Shown here: positions 36,395-49,545 of the stretch, piece by piece
Numbering within the stretch: position 1 is the first letter of the stretch
How the letters are laid out: each line of letters starts with the position of its first letter
Source: Dendrobates tinctorius
Lineage: Eukaryota
DNA: 64,000 nucleotides
Direction: 5' to 3'
Assembly: GCF_039654945.1 (NCBI RefSeq)
Contig: NW_027361711.1
Coordinates: 14,508,001 to 14,572,000, forward strand
Notes under the pieces: generated by a model
Told to the model about the DNA's origin: nothing
Databases searched by the model: none
The model's input: the letters and a program-made list of their open reading frames with translations, nothing else
Program-made: the position numbers and the translations under genes

Positions 36395-39300
36395 CCCCTT
36401 CACCCCCAAGGGTGGTTTGCACGTTCATGACCGGGCCAATTTTTACAATTCTGACCACTGTACCTTTATGAGGTCATAACTCTGGAACGCTTCCATGGAT
36501 CCCGGTGATTCTGACATTGTTTTCTCGGGACATATTGTACTTCATGTTAGTGGTAAAATTTCATTCAAATAACTTGCGTTTATTTGTGAGAAAAACGGAA
36601 ATTTGGCGAAAATTTTGAAAATTTCGCAATTTTCCAACTTTGAATTTTTTTGCCCTTAAATCACAGAGATACGGCACACAAAAAACTTGATAACTAACAT
36701 TTCCCACATGTTTACTTTACATCAGCACAATTTTGGAACCAAAATTTTTTTTTGTTAGGAAGTTATAAGGGTTAAAAGTTGACCAGCGATTTCTCATTTT
36801 TACAACACCATTTTATTTTTAGGACCACAACACATTTGAAGCCACTTTGAGGGGTCTATATGATAGAAAATACCCAAAAGTGACACCATTCTAAAAACTG
36901 CACCCCTTAAGGTGCTCAAAACCACATTCAAGAAGTTTATTAACCCTTTAGGTGCGTCACAGGAATTTTTTTGAATATTTAAAAAAAAATGAACATCTAA
37001 CTTTTTTTCATAAAAAAAATACTTCAGGTTCAATTTTTTTTATTTTACCAAGGGTAACAGGAGAAATTGAACTGCAAAAGTTATTGTGCAATTTGTCCTG
37101 AGTACGCAGATACCTGATATGTGGGGGGAAACGACTGTTTCGGCGCATGGCAGAGCTCAGAATGGAAGGAGCGCCGTTTGACTTTTTCAATGCAAAATTG
37201 GGTGGAATTCAGATTGGACGCCATGTCACGTTTGGAGAGTCCCTGATGTACCTAAACAGTGGAAACCCCCTACAAGTGACCCCATTTTGGAAACTAGACC
37301 CCCCAAGGAACTTATCTAGATATGTGGTGAGAACTTTGAACCCACAAGGGCTTCACAGAAGTTTATAACGTACAGCGGTACAATTAAAAAATCATATTTT
37401 TTCCACAAAAATGATCTTTTCACCCCAATTTTTATTTTCCCAAAGGTAACAGGACCCTAAAAGTTATTGTGCAATTTGTCCTGAGTACGCTGATACCCCA
37501 CATGTGGGGGTAAACCACTATTTGGGCGCATGGCAGAGCTCGGAGGGAAGCAGCGCCATTTGACGTTTTTGGCTGGAATTGAGATCGGACACCATGTCGC
37601 GTTTGGAAAACCCCTGATGTACCAAAACAGTGGAAACCCCCCACAAATGACACCATTTTGGAAACTAGACCCCCTAAGGAACTTATCTAGATGTGTGGTG
37701 AGAACTTTGAACCCCCATGGGCTCCACAGAAGTTTATAACATAAAGACATACAATTAAAAAATCATATTTTTTCCACAAAAATGATCTTTTCACCCTCAA
37801 TTCTTATTTTTCCAAGGGTAACAGGACCCTAAAAGTTATTGTGCAATTTGTCCTGAGTACGCTGATACCCCACATGTGGGGGTAAACCACTATTTGGGCG
37901 CATGGCAGAGCTCGGAAGGGAAGCAGCGCCATTTGACGTTTTTGGCTGGAATTGAGATCGGACACCATGTTGCATTTGGAAAACTCCTGATGTACCAAAA
38001 CAGTGGAACCCCCCCACAAATGACACCATTTTGGAAACTAGACCCCCTAAGGAACTTATCTAGATGTGTGGTGAGCACTTTGACCCCCCCAGTGCTTCAC
38101 AGAAGTTTACAACGCCCGGGCGTGAAAATAAAAAATTCGTATTTTTTCCACAAACATGATCTTTTAGTCACCATTTTTTTATTTTCCCAAGGGTACCAGG
38201 AGAAATTGGACCCCAAAGGTTGTTGTCCAATTTGTCCTGAGTATGCTGATACCCCATACGTGGGAGAAAACTACTGTATGGGCACACGTCAGGGCTCGGA
38301 AGGGAAGTAGTGACGTTTTGGAATGCAGACTTTGATGGAATGGTCTGCGGGTGTCATGTTGCCTTTGGAGAGCCCCTAATGTACCTAAACAGTGGAAACC
38401 CCCCACAAATGACACCATTTTGTAAACTAGACCCCCCAAGGAACTTATCTAGATGTGTGGTGAGCACTTTTAACCCCCAAGGGCTTCACAGAAGTTTATA
38501 ATGCCAGGGCATGAAAATAAAAAAATCGTATTTTTTCCACAAACATGATCAATTAGTCCCCAATTTTTTTATTTTCCCAAGGGTAACAGGAGAAATTGAA
38601 CCCCAAAAGTTGTTGTCCAATTTGTCCTGAGTACGCTGATACCCCATATGTGGGATAAAACTACTGTATGGACACACGTCAGGGCTCGGAAGGGAAGTAG
38701 TGACGTTTTGGAATGCAGACTTTGATGGAATGGTCTGCGGGTGTCATGTTGTCTTTGGAGAGCCCCTAATGTACCTAAACAGTGGAAACCCCCCACAAAT
38801 GACACCATTTTGTAGACTAGACCCCCCAAGGAACTTATCTAGATGTGTGGTGAGCACTTTGAACCCCCAAGGGCTTCACAGAAGTTTATAATGCCAGGGC
38901 AGGAAAATAAAAAAAAATCGTATTTTTTCCACAAACATGATCAATTAGTCCCCAATTTTTTTATTTTCCCAAGGGTAACAGGAGAAATTGAACCCCAAAA
39001 GTTGTTGTCCAATTTGTCCTGAGTACGCTGACACCCCATATGTGGGATAAAACTACTGTATGGACACAAGTCAGGGCTCGGAAGGGAAGTATTGACGTTT
39101 TGGAATGCAGACTTTGATGGAATGGTCTGCGGGTGTCATGTTGCCTTTGGAGAGCCCCTAATGTACCTAAACTATTGAAACTCCCCACAAGTGACCCCAT
39201 TTTGGACACTAGACCCCCCACGGAACTTATCTAGATGTGTGGTGAGCACTTTGAACCCCCAAGTGCTTCACAGAAGTTTATAACACTCGGACGTGAAAAT

Positions 39301-41167
39301 AAAAAAATCATTTTTTTCCACAAAAATGATATTTCTGCCCCCAATTTTTTATTTTCCTAAGGGTAACAGGAGAAATTGGACCCCAAAAATTGTTTTGCAA
39401 TTTGTCCTGAGTAGGCTGATACCCTACATGTGGGGGTAAAACACTGTTTGGGCGCATAGCAGAGCTTGGAAGGGAAGGAGCACCATTTGACTTTTTCAAC
39501 TCAGAATTGGCTGGAATTGAGATCAGACGCCATGTTGCATTTGGAGAGCCCCTGATGTGCCCAAACCCCCAATTCTAACTCCAACCCGANNNNNNNNNNN
39601 NNNNNNNNNNNNNNNNNNNNNNNNNNNNNNNNNNNNNNNNNNNNNNNNNNNNNNNNNNNNNNNNNNNNNNNNNNNNNNNNNNNNNNNNNNNNNNNNNNNN
39701 NNNNNNNNNNNNNNNNNNNNNNNNNNNNNNNNNNNNNNNNAAATACATTTTTTTTATTTTATTATTTTTCCCTAACTAAGGGGGTGATAACGGGGGGTTT
39801 GATTTACTATTTATGGCGGTTTTTATGTTTGGCGGCTATTGCACGCTAAAAGACGCTTTTTATTGTAAAAATAGTTTTTGCATCACCACATATTGAGAGC
39901 TATAATTTTTCCGTATTTTGACCCACCGAGTCATGTGAGGTCATATTTTTTGTGGGACGAGTTGACGTTTTTATTGGTACCATTTTCGGGCACGTGGAAT
40001 TTTTTTATCGCTTTTTATTCCGATTTTTGGGACGCAGAATGAACAAAAACCAGCGTTTCATGAATTTCTTTTGGGGGGGTGCGTTTACACCGTTCCGCGT
40101 GTGGTAAAATTGATAAAGAGGTTTTATTCTTCACGTCAGTACGGTTACAGCAATACCTCATTTAGGTCTTTTTTTATGTTTTTGTCGGTTTTATGCAATG
40201 AAAACTATTTTATATAAAAAATAATTATTTTTGCATCGCTTTATTCAGCGAGCTATAACTTTTATTTTTTCGCTGATGATGCTGTGTGGCGGCTCGTTTT
40301 TTGCGGGACAAGATGACATTTTCAGCGGTACCATGGATATTTATATGCGTCTTTTTGATCGCGCATTATTACACTTTTTGTTTGGCGGTATGATAATAAA
40401 TCATTATTTTTTGCTTCGTTTTTTATTTTTATTTTTTAAGGGGTTCGCTAAAGGGGTTAACTAATGGGACAGTTTTATAGGGCGGGTCCTTACGGACGCG
40501 GCAATACCTAATATGTGTACTTTTATTGTTTTTTTTTTTTTATTATTTCCAAAAAATGGATTTATTGGGGGAATATTTTTTTTTTTTTTCTAATATATTT
40601 GGCGATTTTTTTTTAATTATTTTTACACTTTTTTTTATTTTTTTTTACTTCATTAAATAGTCCCAGGTGGGACATCACTGTCCTGTGACAGATCACAGAT
40701 CACTGTGACAGATCAGCGATCTGACACAGGCACTCCAGAAGGCTTCCTCATGCCTGCGCTTTGCAGGCACTGAGGAAGCCAGCTTCCTCAGGCCCCTGAA
40801 GGCCCCCGTCGCCATCTTGGATTCGGGGGCCTGGAGGAAAGGAGCCCCCCGCAGCAGCGCTGCACATTGCGCTGCCGTGGGGGGCTCAGGGAAGCACGGA
40901 GGGAGCCCCCTCCCTGCCGATGCTTCCCTTTAACCCCCGGTACACCGCGATCTTGTTTGATCGCGGTTTGCAAGGGGTTAACGTGTCGGGGGCGGTCACC
41001 TGACACATTGTGCCGGGTGTCAGCTGTGATAATCAGCTGACACCCGGCCGCGATCAGCGGCGCTCACCACGTGGGCGCCGCTGATCGCGGTAGACGTACT
41101 ATCCCGTCCACGGTCATACGGGCCCGGGTACCGTGGACGGGATAGTACGTCGGATGTCAGGAAGGGG
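36395..41167. mobile_element. Large non-autonomous TTAA element (piggyBac-type), spanning the second N-gap
   Basis: TTAA-CCCCTTC ... GAAGGGG-TTAA; subterminal hairpin GACGTACTATCCCGTCCACGGT..ACCGTGGACGGGATAGTACGTC; no coding capacity seen. Confidence 0.75.
36860..39560 (+). repeat. Tandem array of ~7 units of ~360-390 bp
   Basis: Recurring CCAAGGGTAACAGG, GTCCTGAGTACGCTGATACCCCA and GGAACTTATCTAGATGTGTGGTGAG. Confidence 0.92.
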
Positions 41168-41716
41168 TTAATTGGCGTTTTCAGAAATAGAAGCCATATA
41201 CCCTACTGAGATGACAAACAAGTCAGCTGTAAGAGTAGACATGCATGAGAGGTTCAGCATTAAAAGGACAAAGTAAAATATCCTTGTGCTCAAAAGAGTG
41301 TTTTTATTAAGTGTTATTTTTAAAAGCTGAGGAAAAGAAATCGAAGAAAAGCATGAGCGTGAGTGTGCATTTTACTGTAAAGGAAAAATTTAATTGCACA
41401 GTATTAACTTACTACAAATGTCAGACAGTTCATAGCATGTGTAAAGGAAGGCTTAACAACAAATCTATATCTCATCAATAGAGACATAATTACCAAGGAA
41501 ACCACATGATTTAATATGTGGATTTATATATTCCCTTTTGAATACAGTGAAAGAAGCTTATCTTAAGTCTAGAATGTGTCGTCTTATATTTAAAGTGTTT
41601 ATTCCCCAAACACGTAACATTTTAGAATCAGCTCAAGATTTGGTTTACACCACTTATGAATGTGTTTGGAATACTAATATCAGACATACCAGTTGTCAAA
41701 AATTGTCACAAAATAA

Positions 41717-42096
41717 GGGTGTGTGCACACGCTGCGGATTCTGCTGCGGTTCCGCAGCGGATTTGGCTGCTGCGGGTCCGCAGCAGTTTTTGCTGCGGTG
41801 TACAGTACCATTATTCCCTATGGCAATAAAAAAACGCTGTGCAGATGGTGCGGATTTTTCCGTGTGCTTTTTCTGCGGTTTTGAAACCGCAGAAAGAATT
41901 GACATGTCAATTCTTTCTGCGGATTCCGCTGCGGTTTGCCATCTCCTCCATTGTGGAGATGAAAAACCGCAGGGCAGAACCGCAGGCTAATCCGCAGGTA
42001 AAACCGCAGGTCTTTTCACCTGCAGATTTACCTGTGGATTTTACAAAATCCACGCGGCCAAATCCGCACCCCAATCCGCAGCGTGTGCACGTACCC
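41717..42096. mobile_element. Harbinger-type MITE
   Basis: GGGTGTGTGCACACGCTGCGGATT ... AATCCGCAGCGTGTGCACGTACCC; TAA/TTA flanks. Confidence 0.85.
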
Positions 42097-42099
42097 TTA

Positions 42100-42506
42100 G
42101 AGTACCGTTACACTAAGCGACGCACCAGCGATTCCGACAACGATGCAACCTGGTAAGGATCACTGGTGCATTGCTAAATGATCGCTAGTAAGATGTCAAA
42201 CAGTCAGATTTACCCAACGATGCAGCAACGATCTTGGTGGTCGTTGGGATCTTGTCACACAGCAGCTATTCTGACGACTCCAGCCTGCATCCATGATTTC
42301 TGAGTTGCCAACGAGGTCACTCGTTGGTGTCAAACACAGCGATGCATGCTGGCCAGCGGGACACCAGCGATCAAAAAATGGCCCAGGACATTCGAGCACG
42401 ATCAGCGGCATCGCTAGGTGTCACACGTAACGAGATCGCTGGCGAGATCGCTGTTGCGTCACAAATCGGTGACGCATCAGCGATCTCGCTTAGTGTGAAG
42501 TACCCC
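42100..42506. mobile_element. Harbinger-type MITE abutting the previous one
   Basis: GAGTACCGTTACACTAAGCGA ... TCGCTTAGTGTGAAGTACCCC; TTA/TAA flanks. Confidence 0.8.
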
Positions 42507-43506
42507 TAAGTTAGAATACAGCCAAATCTAACATGCCAAGATCATTTTGTTAAATCATCCCTGTACACAGAAGCATGCATCCCATGGAGGGTGACCATAC
42601 AACAGCTATAGATCCTGTGAGTTGAAAGAGGCCTACAACCAAATGGCCCACTTATGCCAGGCACCCACTCACTTTTGCAAGCTTAGTCCTTACCAAGCCC
42701 ACATCAACCATGATGCATGTTGAGCAGTTGGCCTCAGATGGCTGCCTGTAGCATCTCAAAGGAACAGGTACTGAAGTTATGAGCCCCACTTTTCAAGAAT
42801 TAAAAAACATACCGATGCATTAAAAACTTCCTCTGTGCTTCCATAAATACTCACCCTTCCATTCCTTGTGCTTGTCTTTACCTTCCCATCACATTATAGT
42901 AGAAGATTTTTCCTGCAATCGGATACGGTGCCGCCTTGCGAATGAGAGGAAAGGAGGAAGGGAACTGCACTGCCAAGCTGAGGAGGCTAGCTTTATTTAT
43001 CTCTACTACCTGTTTCCTTCCCCTGCACAGCATGATCCATATAGTCACACACAAAGTATGTGTCTGTGTATCACCTGAATTGCAGTATCTGTGGTGTTAC
43101 ATAGGACTGACAGTAACAGCTTCTGTGTTTGGATGTTACATAAAATGTTAGCAAAACTTTCTATATTCTATGATTATGCTTTTTCCCCATCCTTGAAAAA
43201 ATTTCCCCAAAAATTTGATTTGTCGCAAGTAAATTTCTAGCAAATCTCAATACTGCAAAGCCTCTAATAGCCTGGACAATTTATACAGTATATAATACTC
43301 AGATATCTAGTTGGACTACATTAAACCTCTTTTGACCTCTTTATTACAAGTATAACTTTGCTGATGTTCAAGTGACCTCAACCTATCTGGCAAGGGAAAA
43401 ATAGATGGAAATCAGTGGTAGCTAAAAGCCCATTTAATAGCACACTGCAATATCAAACTTTGTGGGCTACTTAAATAGCAAAAATGGCCCAAAAACTATC
43501 CTTTTA

Positions 43507-44261
43507 GGCTATGTGCACACAGTGCGGATTGTAAGAGTTTTTGCCGCCTTTTTTGCGGCAAAAATGCTTACACAATGCAACTAATTGAATTCAATGGCAT
43601 TCAGCAATGCTGTGAGTAAGCGGATCATGTGTGGATGGTACCCAGGGTCTGGAGGAGATGAGACTCTCCTCCAGACCCTGGGTACCATATCCCAGTTAAA
43701 AAAGAATTAAAATAAAAAATTTTGATATTCTCTCCTTCCGGCAGCCCCCACAGCCTTCCCGATCCTCGCGATGCTCCTGGCAACTCCCGTTCCCAGTGAT
43801 GCCTTGCGGCAATGGCCTGTGATGAAGTAGTGGTCTCGCGTGATGCTACGTCATCTGGGGTCATTGTCGCAAGGCATCGCTGGGAACAGGAGTTGCCGGG
43901 AGCATCGCGAGGATAGGGAAGGCTGCGGGGGCCGCCGTAAGGTGAGAATATCATGATTTTTTATTATTTTTAACGTTATATCTTTTTACTATTGATGCTG
44001 CATAGGCAGCATCAATAGTAAAAAGTTGGTCACACTTGTCAAGCACTGTTTAACAAGTGTGACCAACCTGTCAATCAGTTTCCCAAGCGATGCTACAGAT
44101 CGCTTGGAAAACGCTAGCATTCTGCAAGCTAATTACACTTGCAAAACACTAGTGTTTAGCGGGAATACACATGCCAATTCTGCATGCGTATTTCCCGCGG
44201 CAGGGAGTTGCGGAATTGCCGCGGAAATTTCCGCGGCAATTCCGAACGTGTGCACCTAGCC
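43507..44261. mobile_element. Harbinger-type MITE with internal hairpins
   Basis: GGCTATGTGCACAC ... GTGTGCACCTAGCC; perfect TTA TSD. Confidence 0.88.
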
Positions 44262-47200
44262 TTAGGGGGGCAGATACCTGCTTTGCTGGTGTTCATACAA
44301 AGGCAGTGCAAACAGAAGAAGACATGACTTTTTCAAACAAAGTGTTGGAAAAATTATTCCAATTTAGGGAAAATCAAGAAATGGTTTTTTTTTTGCTAAA
44401 TGAAGAAATGGTAGCCATCCAAAAATTATCATTTTACTTAGGGCGAAAAAACATATCTGTTGTAGTAGTAATGGTTCTCTCAGCTAGTAATGAAAATATA
44501 TCCCTCTTTTTTGATCCAATTTTGCAATTCTGAAAATGATTCAACAACTACGAAACCTCTTTATCAAAGCTTTCCAAAATGATTCCCATTTTAGGGATCA
44601 AGAATGGGTAAAATGATTTTAAACTAAAGAAGCAATGGCTTGTCAACAACAGGACAAAATATTAGCCATGTTTTGGGAACATTTCGTGTTTTATGTTTTG
44701 GCAAATTTTCTAGGATTAGTTTGGAAAGCCTTGGGGTGGAGGGCACGATGCAGAGACTTGGGGATGTCTGGAGGGAGGTTCAAAAGAATATTGGGACTGC
44801 CCAGATTCACCAAAAACGAAAGGACAATAGAAGACGGTCGGTGGATCCTGTGAAAGCCAATCGGTTAGTCCGGACGTTCCATCTAAAATGTCATGGGAAG
44901 CCTGAGGGTCCAGTGCCCCCCCTTAAGAGGTAGTACTCTCACAGTTCCACCCCTCAGGGTGTCTGAGATGCAGTTACGGACAGCATGGCAATCCAATCTG
45001 GTTCAGACGCTCTCTGAGCTGTCAAGTGTGCTGATTGACATACTTACTAGCCAATCTGTGACTGGGAGGCGTTGGCTGTCTCGGGTGTTCACTATCCCAG
45101 GTAACTGCCATGCCTACTTAAATGAGCAGCTTCTCCCAGACCACTGCCAGATGTAAATTCATCTTGTGAGGTTTGCGCTTTCCTGTTCCTTTGAGTTGTA
45201 TAAGCTTGATCTGTTGCCCGACCTTGGACGTCATTTGGACCATCCACCTGTTTAACCCCTTCAGCTCTGATCCTTTAACCTCCCGGTACTCTGACCCCAG
45301 ATCGTTACCTGACTATGCCTTTGTCTCTTCCTTCTGTTTATGATGTATACGATGTATACTCCAGTGGTAGAATATGCCCGGATTTTAGTCCATGCTAGAT
45401 GCACTCAGCAGAAAAATGCACATTGCAGTGATCCCAATTTCCCGGCTCATGACTAACCTGACACATGATGCCTGCCTTCATAGTTATCGCCACCATTCTC
45501 CATGTTATGTACAGTAATTACTGTGTGTGTGTCCTGAACCATACGTATTGCTATGTACCTCAGATATGCTCTATGCTTTGTACTAAATACTTAAATTTTT
45601 CTTGTAGTTTTACACTGATCCTATCAATAAAAGTTGTAAAGGACCCCCTGCGTCTACATCAATAGGAAAGAGTTTAGCTGTCTGCCAACTCATTCTCCCT
45701 GAACAGAGTGCAGGTGTCAGAACACTCCAAGCTGTACTTTACTAGAGGAAGCATTATTACTCATAGATTTTTATCACTTTTCTGTCCATTTTTCTGTTGA
45801 AATACTTGTTCCTAGGTATTTACTTGAGCAGCCAAAAGAATTATACAGTTTGTATTATTGTCCTAGCACAGTTGAAGTTATTTTACAGTATCTGAGGTCC
45901 ACCTCCTTTATAATCAGTGACATTCCATAGAATTGCTACTTACACCTCATGTATTATCTAATGTGCTACATAAGACTGTTGATTCCTCAACCTGTGTCAT
46001 CTATGTTGTTACATAGGACTACAAGTAACACCACAAATATAATCTATTGTTTCACATAGGTTTGTAAGTAATGCATCTTAGGTTCTCTGTTGTTTTACTT
46101 ATGTCCATATAATCATTTTTGTTGTGCAGAACTGCCAGTAACGCATATGTTGTGCTATTGAGGACTGACAGTAAAACATTTTGTATTATCTACTAATGTT
46201 ATTTAGGCTTGCTGTTAATGTAAATATATAGACATGCTGCCTACATTTCCCTCTTGAAGAAACAAGTTATATTGTTGAAATATGTTATGTGATATAATGT
46301 GAAATGATATGAGAATTGTATCTTGCGTCTCCTTGTAAATACTATGTAGTGTGAATAATGTAATTTGTATAGTTGACTATAGGGAAGGTTGAGAGTTAAT
46401 AGTTGGACTAGGCCACTGTGGGAGGGGATATTATAAGAGAAAGTGACTGCTTCCTGCTAGAATGACAGATAGGGCCTGGAGTGCTGACTGAGAGGACCTA
46501 GCAGTCCGAGGTGAACAGTGGTGCATGCGAGGGTAGGTAAATGAGAGAAGACAGAAGAGGAAGGATAGCAAGAACCTGAGCATAAGTGATAGAGAGACAG
46601 AGTGGCGTTCCTGAGACAGGACCTAGGAGAGGACGCCTAGCAACAGATCTCAAGATTGTAACGTTGGAAGATAATGGACCTAAACAGGACTTTGTAGCTA
46701 GGACTAGCCAAGGGTCCCAAGCGAGAGTTCCAGAGCACCAGTAGCAGAAAATAGGATATGGAACCTCAGAGCAAGTAAAGGATACTTGCTGATCAGGACA
46801 GAAGCATTAAAGCTGGGTTGTGATGAATTAGGGAGAAACAGTGTATATAGAAAGTCCAGGAGTAAAATACTATGGAGGGATATTGCATGGAAAATGCTTC
46901 AAACATCCATAAGACTTTGCACTTACCATCCCTTGTAAGTTGCCATTCAGTAAAGATTTTATTTTTGAATGGTGGACTCATTAAACTGTAAAACATCTGG
47001 TCCTGGCAAACCGCAAAAAATAAACTAATATACAGCTCCATCAGGTGAAAAATAAAAATGATACGGGTCTTGGAAAATGGTGACACATCTCAAAAAAATT
47101 TTTTTTGCAAAATTCAGATTTTTTTCATCGCTAAAATAATAAAAAAAACTGGACATATTTAGTTTTGTTGTAATCGTATTGATGAGGAAAATCGTATTGC

Positions 47201-47462
47201 ATGGTCATTTTTACCACAAAATGTACATCATGAAAACAACTCCCAAACAACAGTGTAAGAATTTTGGGGTTTTTTTCACAGTTTTACAGCACTTGGAAAT
47301 TTTTTTGATTACACTGTTTGGTAAAATGAATTTTTGGCATTCAAAATATAATCATAAAAAAACCTTGGTTAGCTCCAGCTGCGTTAAAATTCTTTTTTAT
47401 TAAACCATGTTAAAATAGGTTAAATCAAGTAGCTCTCCACATTGTAGCCACACGCCAGACAG

Positions 47463-47501
47463 AGGCTACGCGTTTCGACCTGTGTGGTCTTTGTCAAAGC
47501 C
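47463..47501 (-). ncRNA. Hammerhead ribozyme motif (U3-A8 variant) in a pseudo-LTR
   Basis: GGCT-TTGACAA-A-GACC(ACACA)GGTC-GAAA-CGCG-TA-GCC. Confidence 0.65.
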
Positions 47502-48577
47502 ATACTGAGTTCTATGCATGATCTTCTATATAGAAAGATCTCACCAATGAAGAAACTTTACAAGGTCATGTGACACATCATGAAAGGTCCTTTTTCAAAA
47601 AATAAACGTGCATATTACCAAACACAATAAACAAATGAACAAACAAATATAAAATCATTAAACATAAAATTAATAATAATGTAACATTAAATCATGCCGT
47701 TTATTAAGGCCACTGGGAGATCTGGTATTTAATTGAAAGATCCAAAAAGCTTCTGGGGTGAGAAGACGCCGCCTGGCATCTCCTCCCCGAAATGATGATT
47801 TAACATGTTCAATTCCCTGTAATTGGAAGCATGAAGTGTTTCTGGCATGATGTGTTATAAAATGTTTGGCTGCTGCTGAAACATTACGTCCAAAATTATT
47901 TGTATTGGTTATGTCATATAAATGCTCTTGTAATTCGTACTTTAAGATTCCTTGAAGTGCAACCTATATTGGACAGATTACACATAGTGCAATCTATTTT
48001 GTACACTACATTTTTAGAATTACAATTAATGTAGTGTTTAATTTTAAATTTTGATGTGCTGCCACTGTTGTTAAATTCTTTAGAAATGCGTGCATGCTCG
48101 CACGGTTTGCAATTATTAGCGCTGCACTTATAAAAGCCAATATTAACAAAACTCCCAAATCTATTCTTAAACACAGCCAAGCTCACAACAGGCGTAAAAA
48201 TTATAAAAAAAAAAAAAGGAACCAAACCACAAGTATTATTTATTTCGTCAGACCCGGGCTCCTCAGACAACGCCCTAAGTGCCTCAGATGTATCCCTTAA
48301 TGAAAGCGCCTCAGGTGCATCAAAAAAGGAATTTTGGCACACAAAAAAATGCAAAAGGCGTGGGGGCAGAAAGCATCGCAGACGGTCAGGGAATCAATAC
48401 TCGGAGGAAGAAATATCAGAACAAATAGGAGAATGCAAGAATGTGTTGAATCTTTCTTCTATTGAACTTACTTCGCAACAGACACAAATTCTATCTTTGG
48501 GTCTTAATTTTGTTCCTGATCAGGACTTTGACCTTTTCTCTACTATTTTGGATATTCCCATGCATAGAACTCAGTAT

Positions 48578-48615
48578 GGCTTTGACAAAGACCGCACAGG
48601 TCGAAACGCGTAGCC
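48578..48615 (+). ncRNA. Hammerhead ribozyme motif (U3-A8 variant) in the inverted pseudo-LTR
   Basis: GGCT-TTGACAA-A-GACC(GCACA)GGTC-GAAA-CGCG-TA-GCC. Confidence 0.65.
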
Positions 48616-49091
48616 TCTGTCTGGCGTGTGGCTACAATGTGGAGAGCTACTTGATTTAACCTATTTTAACATGGCTTAATAAAGAAGAATTTTAATGCCG
48701 CTGGAGCTAACCAAGGTTTTTTTCATGATTATTCCTGACGTCTGTCTGCACGTAGCTCCGAGGCTCTGCAGTGGTTACTGGTGAGCTGGCTTACTTTTTC
48801 ATATTTGCTATTCAAAAGTATAACTTGTTCTGCAAAAAAAGCAAGCCCTCATATGTCTGTGACAGAAAAATAAGAGTTATGGCTCTGGGAAGAAAGGGAG
48901 GAAAAAACAAATGAAAAAATGAAGGGGCTAAATCACCAACATATAGGAAGAAATTGTATTTATTTAAATCAGTAAACCGTTATTGAGAGTGGAGATCCAC
49001 TTTCTCCACAAGCTACACTATTTAGTTCTATGTGCATTCTGCGCATATAAGGGTGTGACCCCCCTGTTTCTGAGCTGCATCTTGCCCTAAG

Positions 49092-49545
49092 TAGAGATGA
49101 GCGACTTTGCCTTTTTTAGGGTCAAGTCGGGTTTCCTGAAACCCGACTTTCTCAAAAGTCGAGTCAAACGAAATCGGCCGACTATCGGGAAAAGTCGAAG
49201 GTCCAACTGAAACACGAGACCCAATGCAAGTCAATGGGGAAGCAAAGTCGGTAGTGAGTGGAGGACAGTAAACAAACCTACATGCCGGACCGCTTGTTTA
49301 AAGTGCGCGAAATCTCTCTCTCTCTCCCCGGACGCTGCACATGTCATCTCATTGCCCACAGTGTACATCTTTGCTCAGTGGCTGAAAAAAGTCACGTGCA
49401 AGCATTCTGGGAAATCCAACATTGGCGCTCGTTTTGACAACCACATGGCCGACTTCACGCTGTGGTCGGGTTTCGGTCGGCAAAACCCGACTTTGCCATA
49501 AGTCGGCGACTTATGAATCTGGCCGACCTGTTTCGCTCAACTCTA
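49092..49545 (-). mobile_element. Non-autonomous derivative of the 18299-27869 hAT family
   Basis: TAGAGATGAGCGA ... TCGCTCAACTCTA; perfect 8 bp TSD GCCCTAAG; subterminal homology to both ends of the large element. Confidence 0.92.

Larger units (their letters stand above)
47351..48809 (-). mobile_element. Truncated, rearranged Penelope-like (probably Neptune-type) retroelement with inverted pseudo-LTRs
   Basis: Inverted repeats ~47351-47520 and ~48559-48730. Minus-strand GIY-YIG endonuclease relic (CSANNCKPC..INCNSKNVVYKIDC..IGCTSRNLKVRI..EAFWIFQLNTRSPSGLN). Plus-strand VLNLSS..LSLGLNFVP segment. Flanks ATTCAAAA(G)TATAA. Confidence 0.85.

Noticed and set aside
37000-39500. Recurrent 60-140 aa ORFs
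   Set aside because: Translations of the ~380 bp tandem repeat.
42846-42916. Possible minus-strand exon with AG and GTGAGT sites (similar candidate near 51350-51422)
   Set aside because: No recognisable protein similarity or linkable exons; splice-like motifs arise by chance.
44270-47000. Possible retroelement or LTR fragments (also 50230-50830 and 61366-62350)
   Set aside because: Composition is suggestive, but no defensible termini, TSDs or motifs were found.
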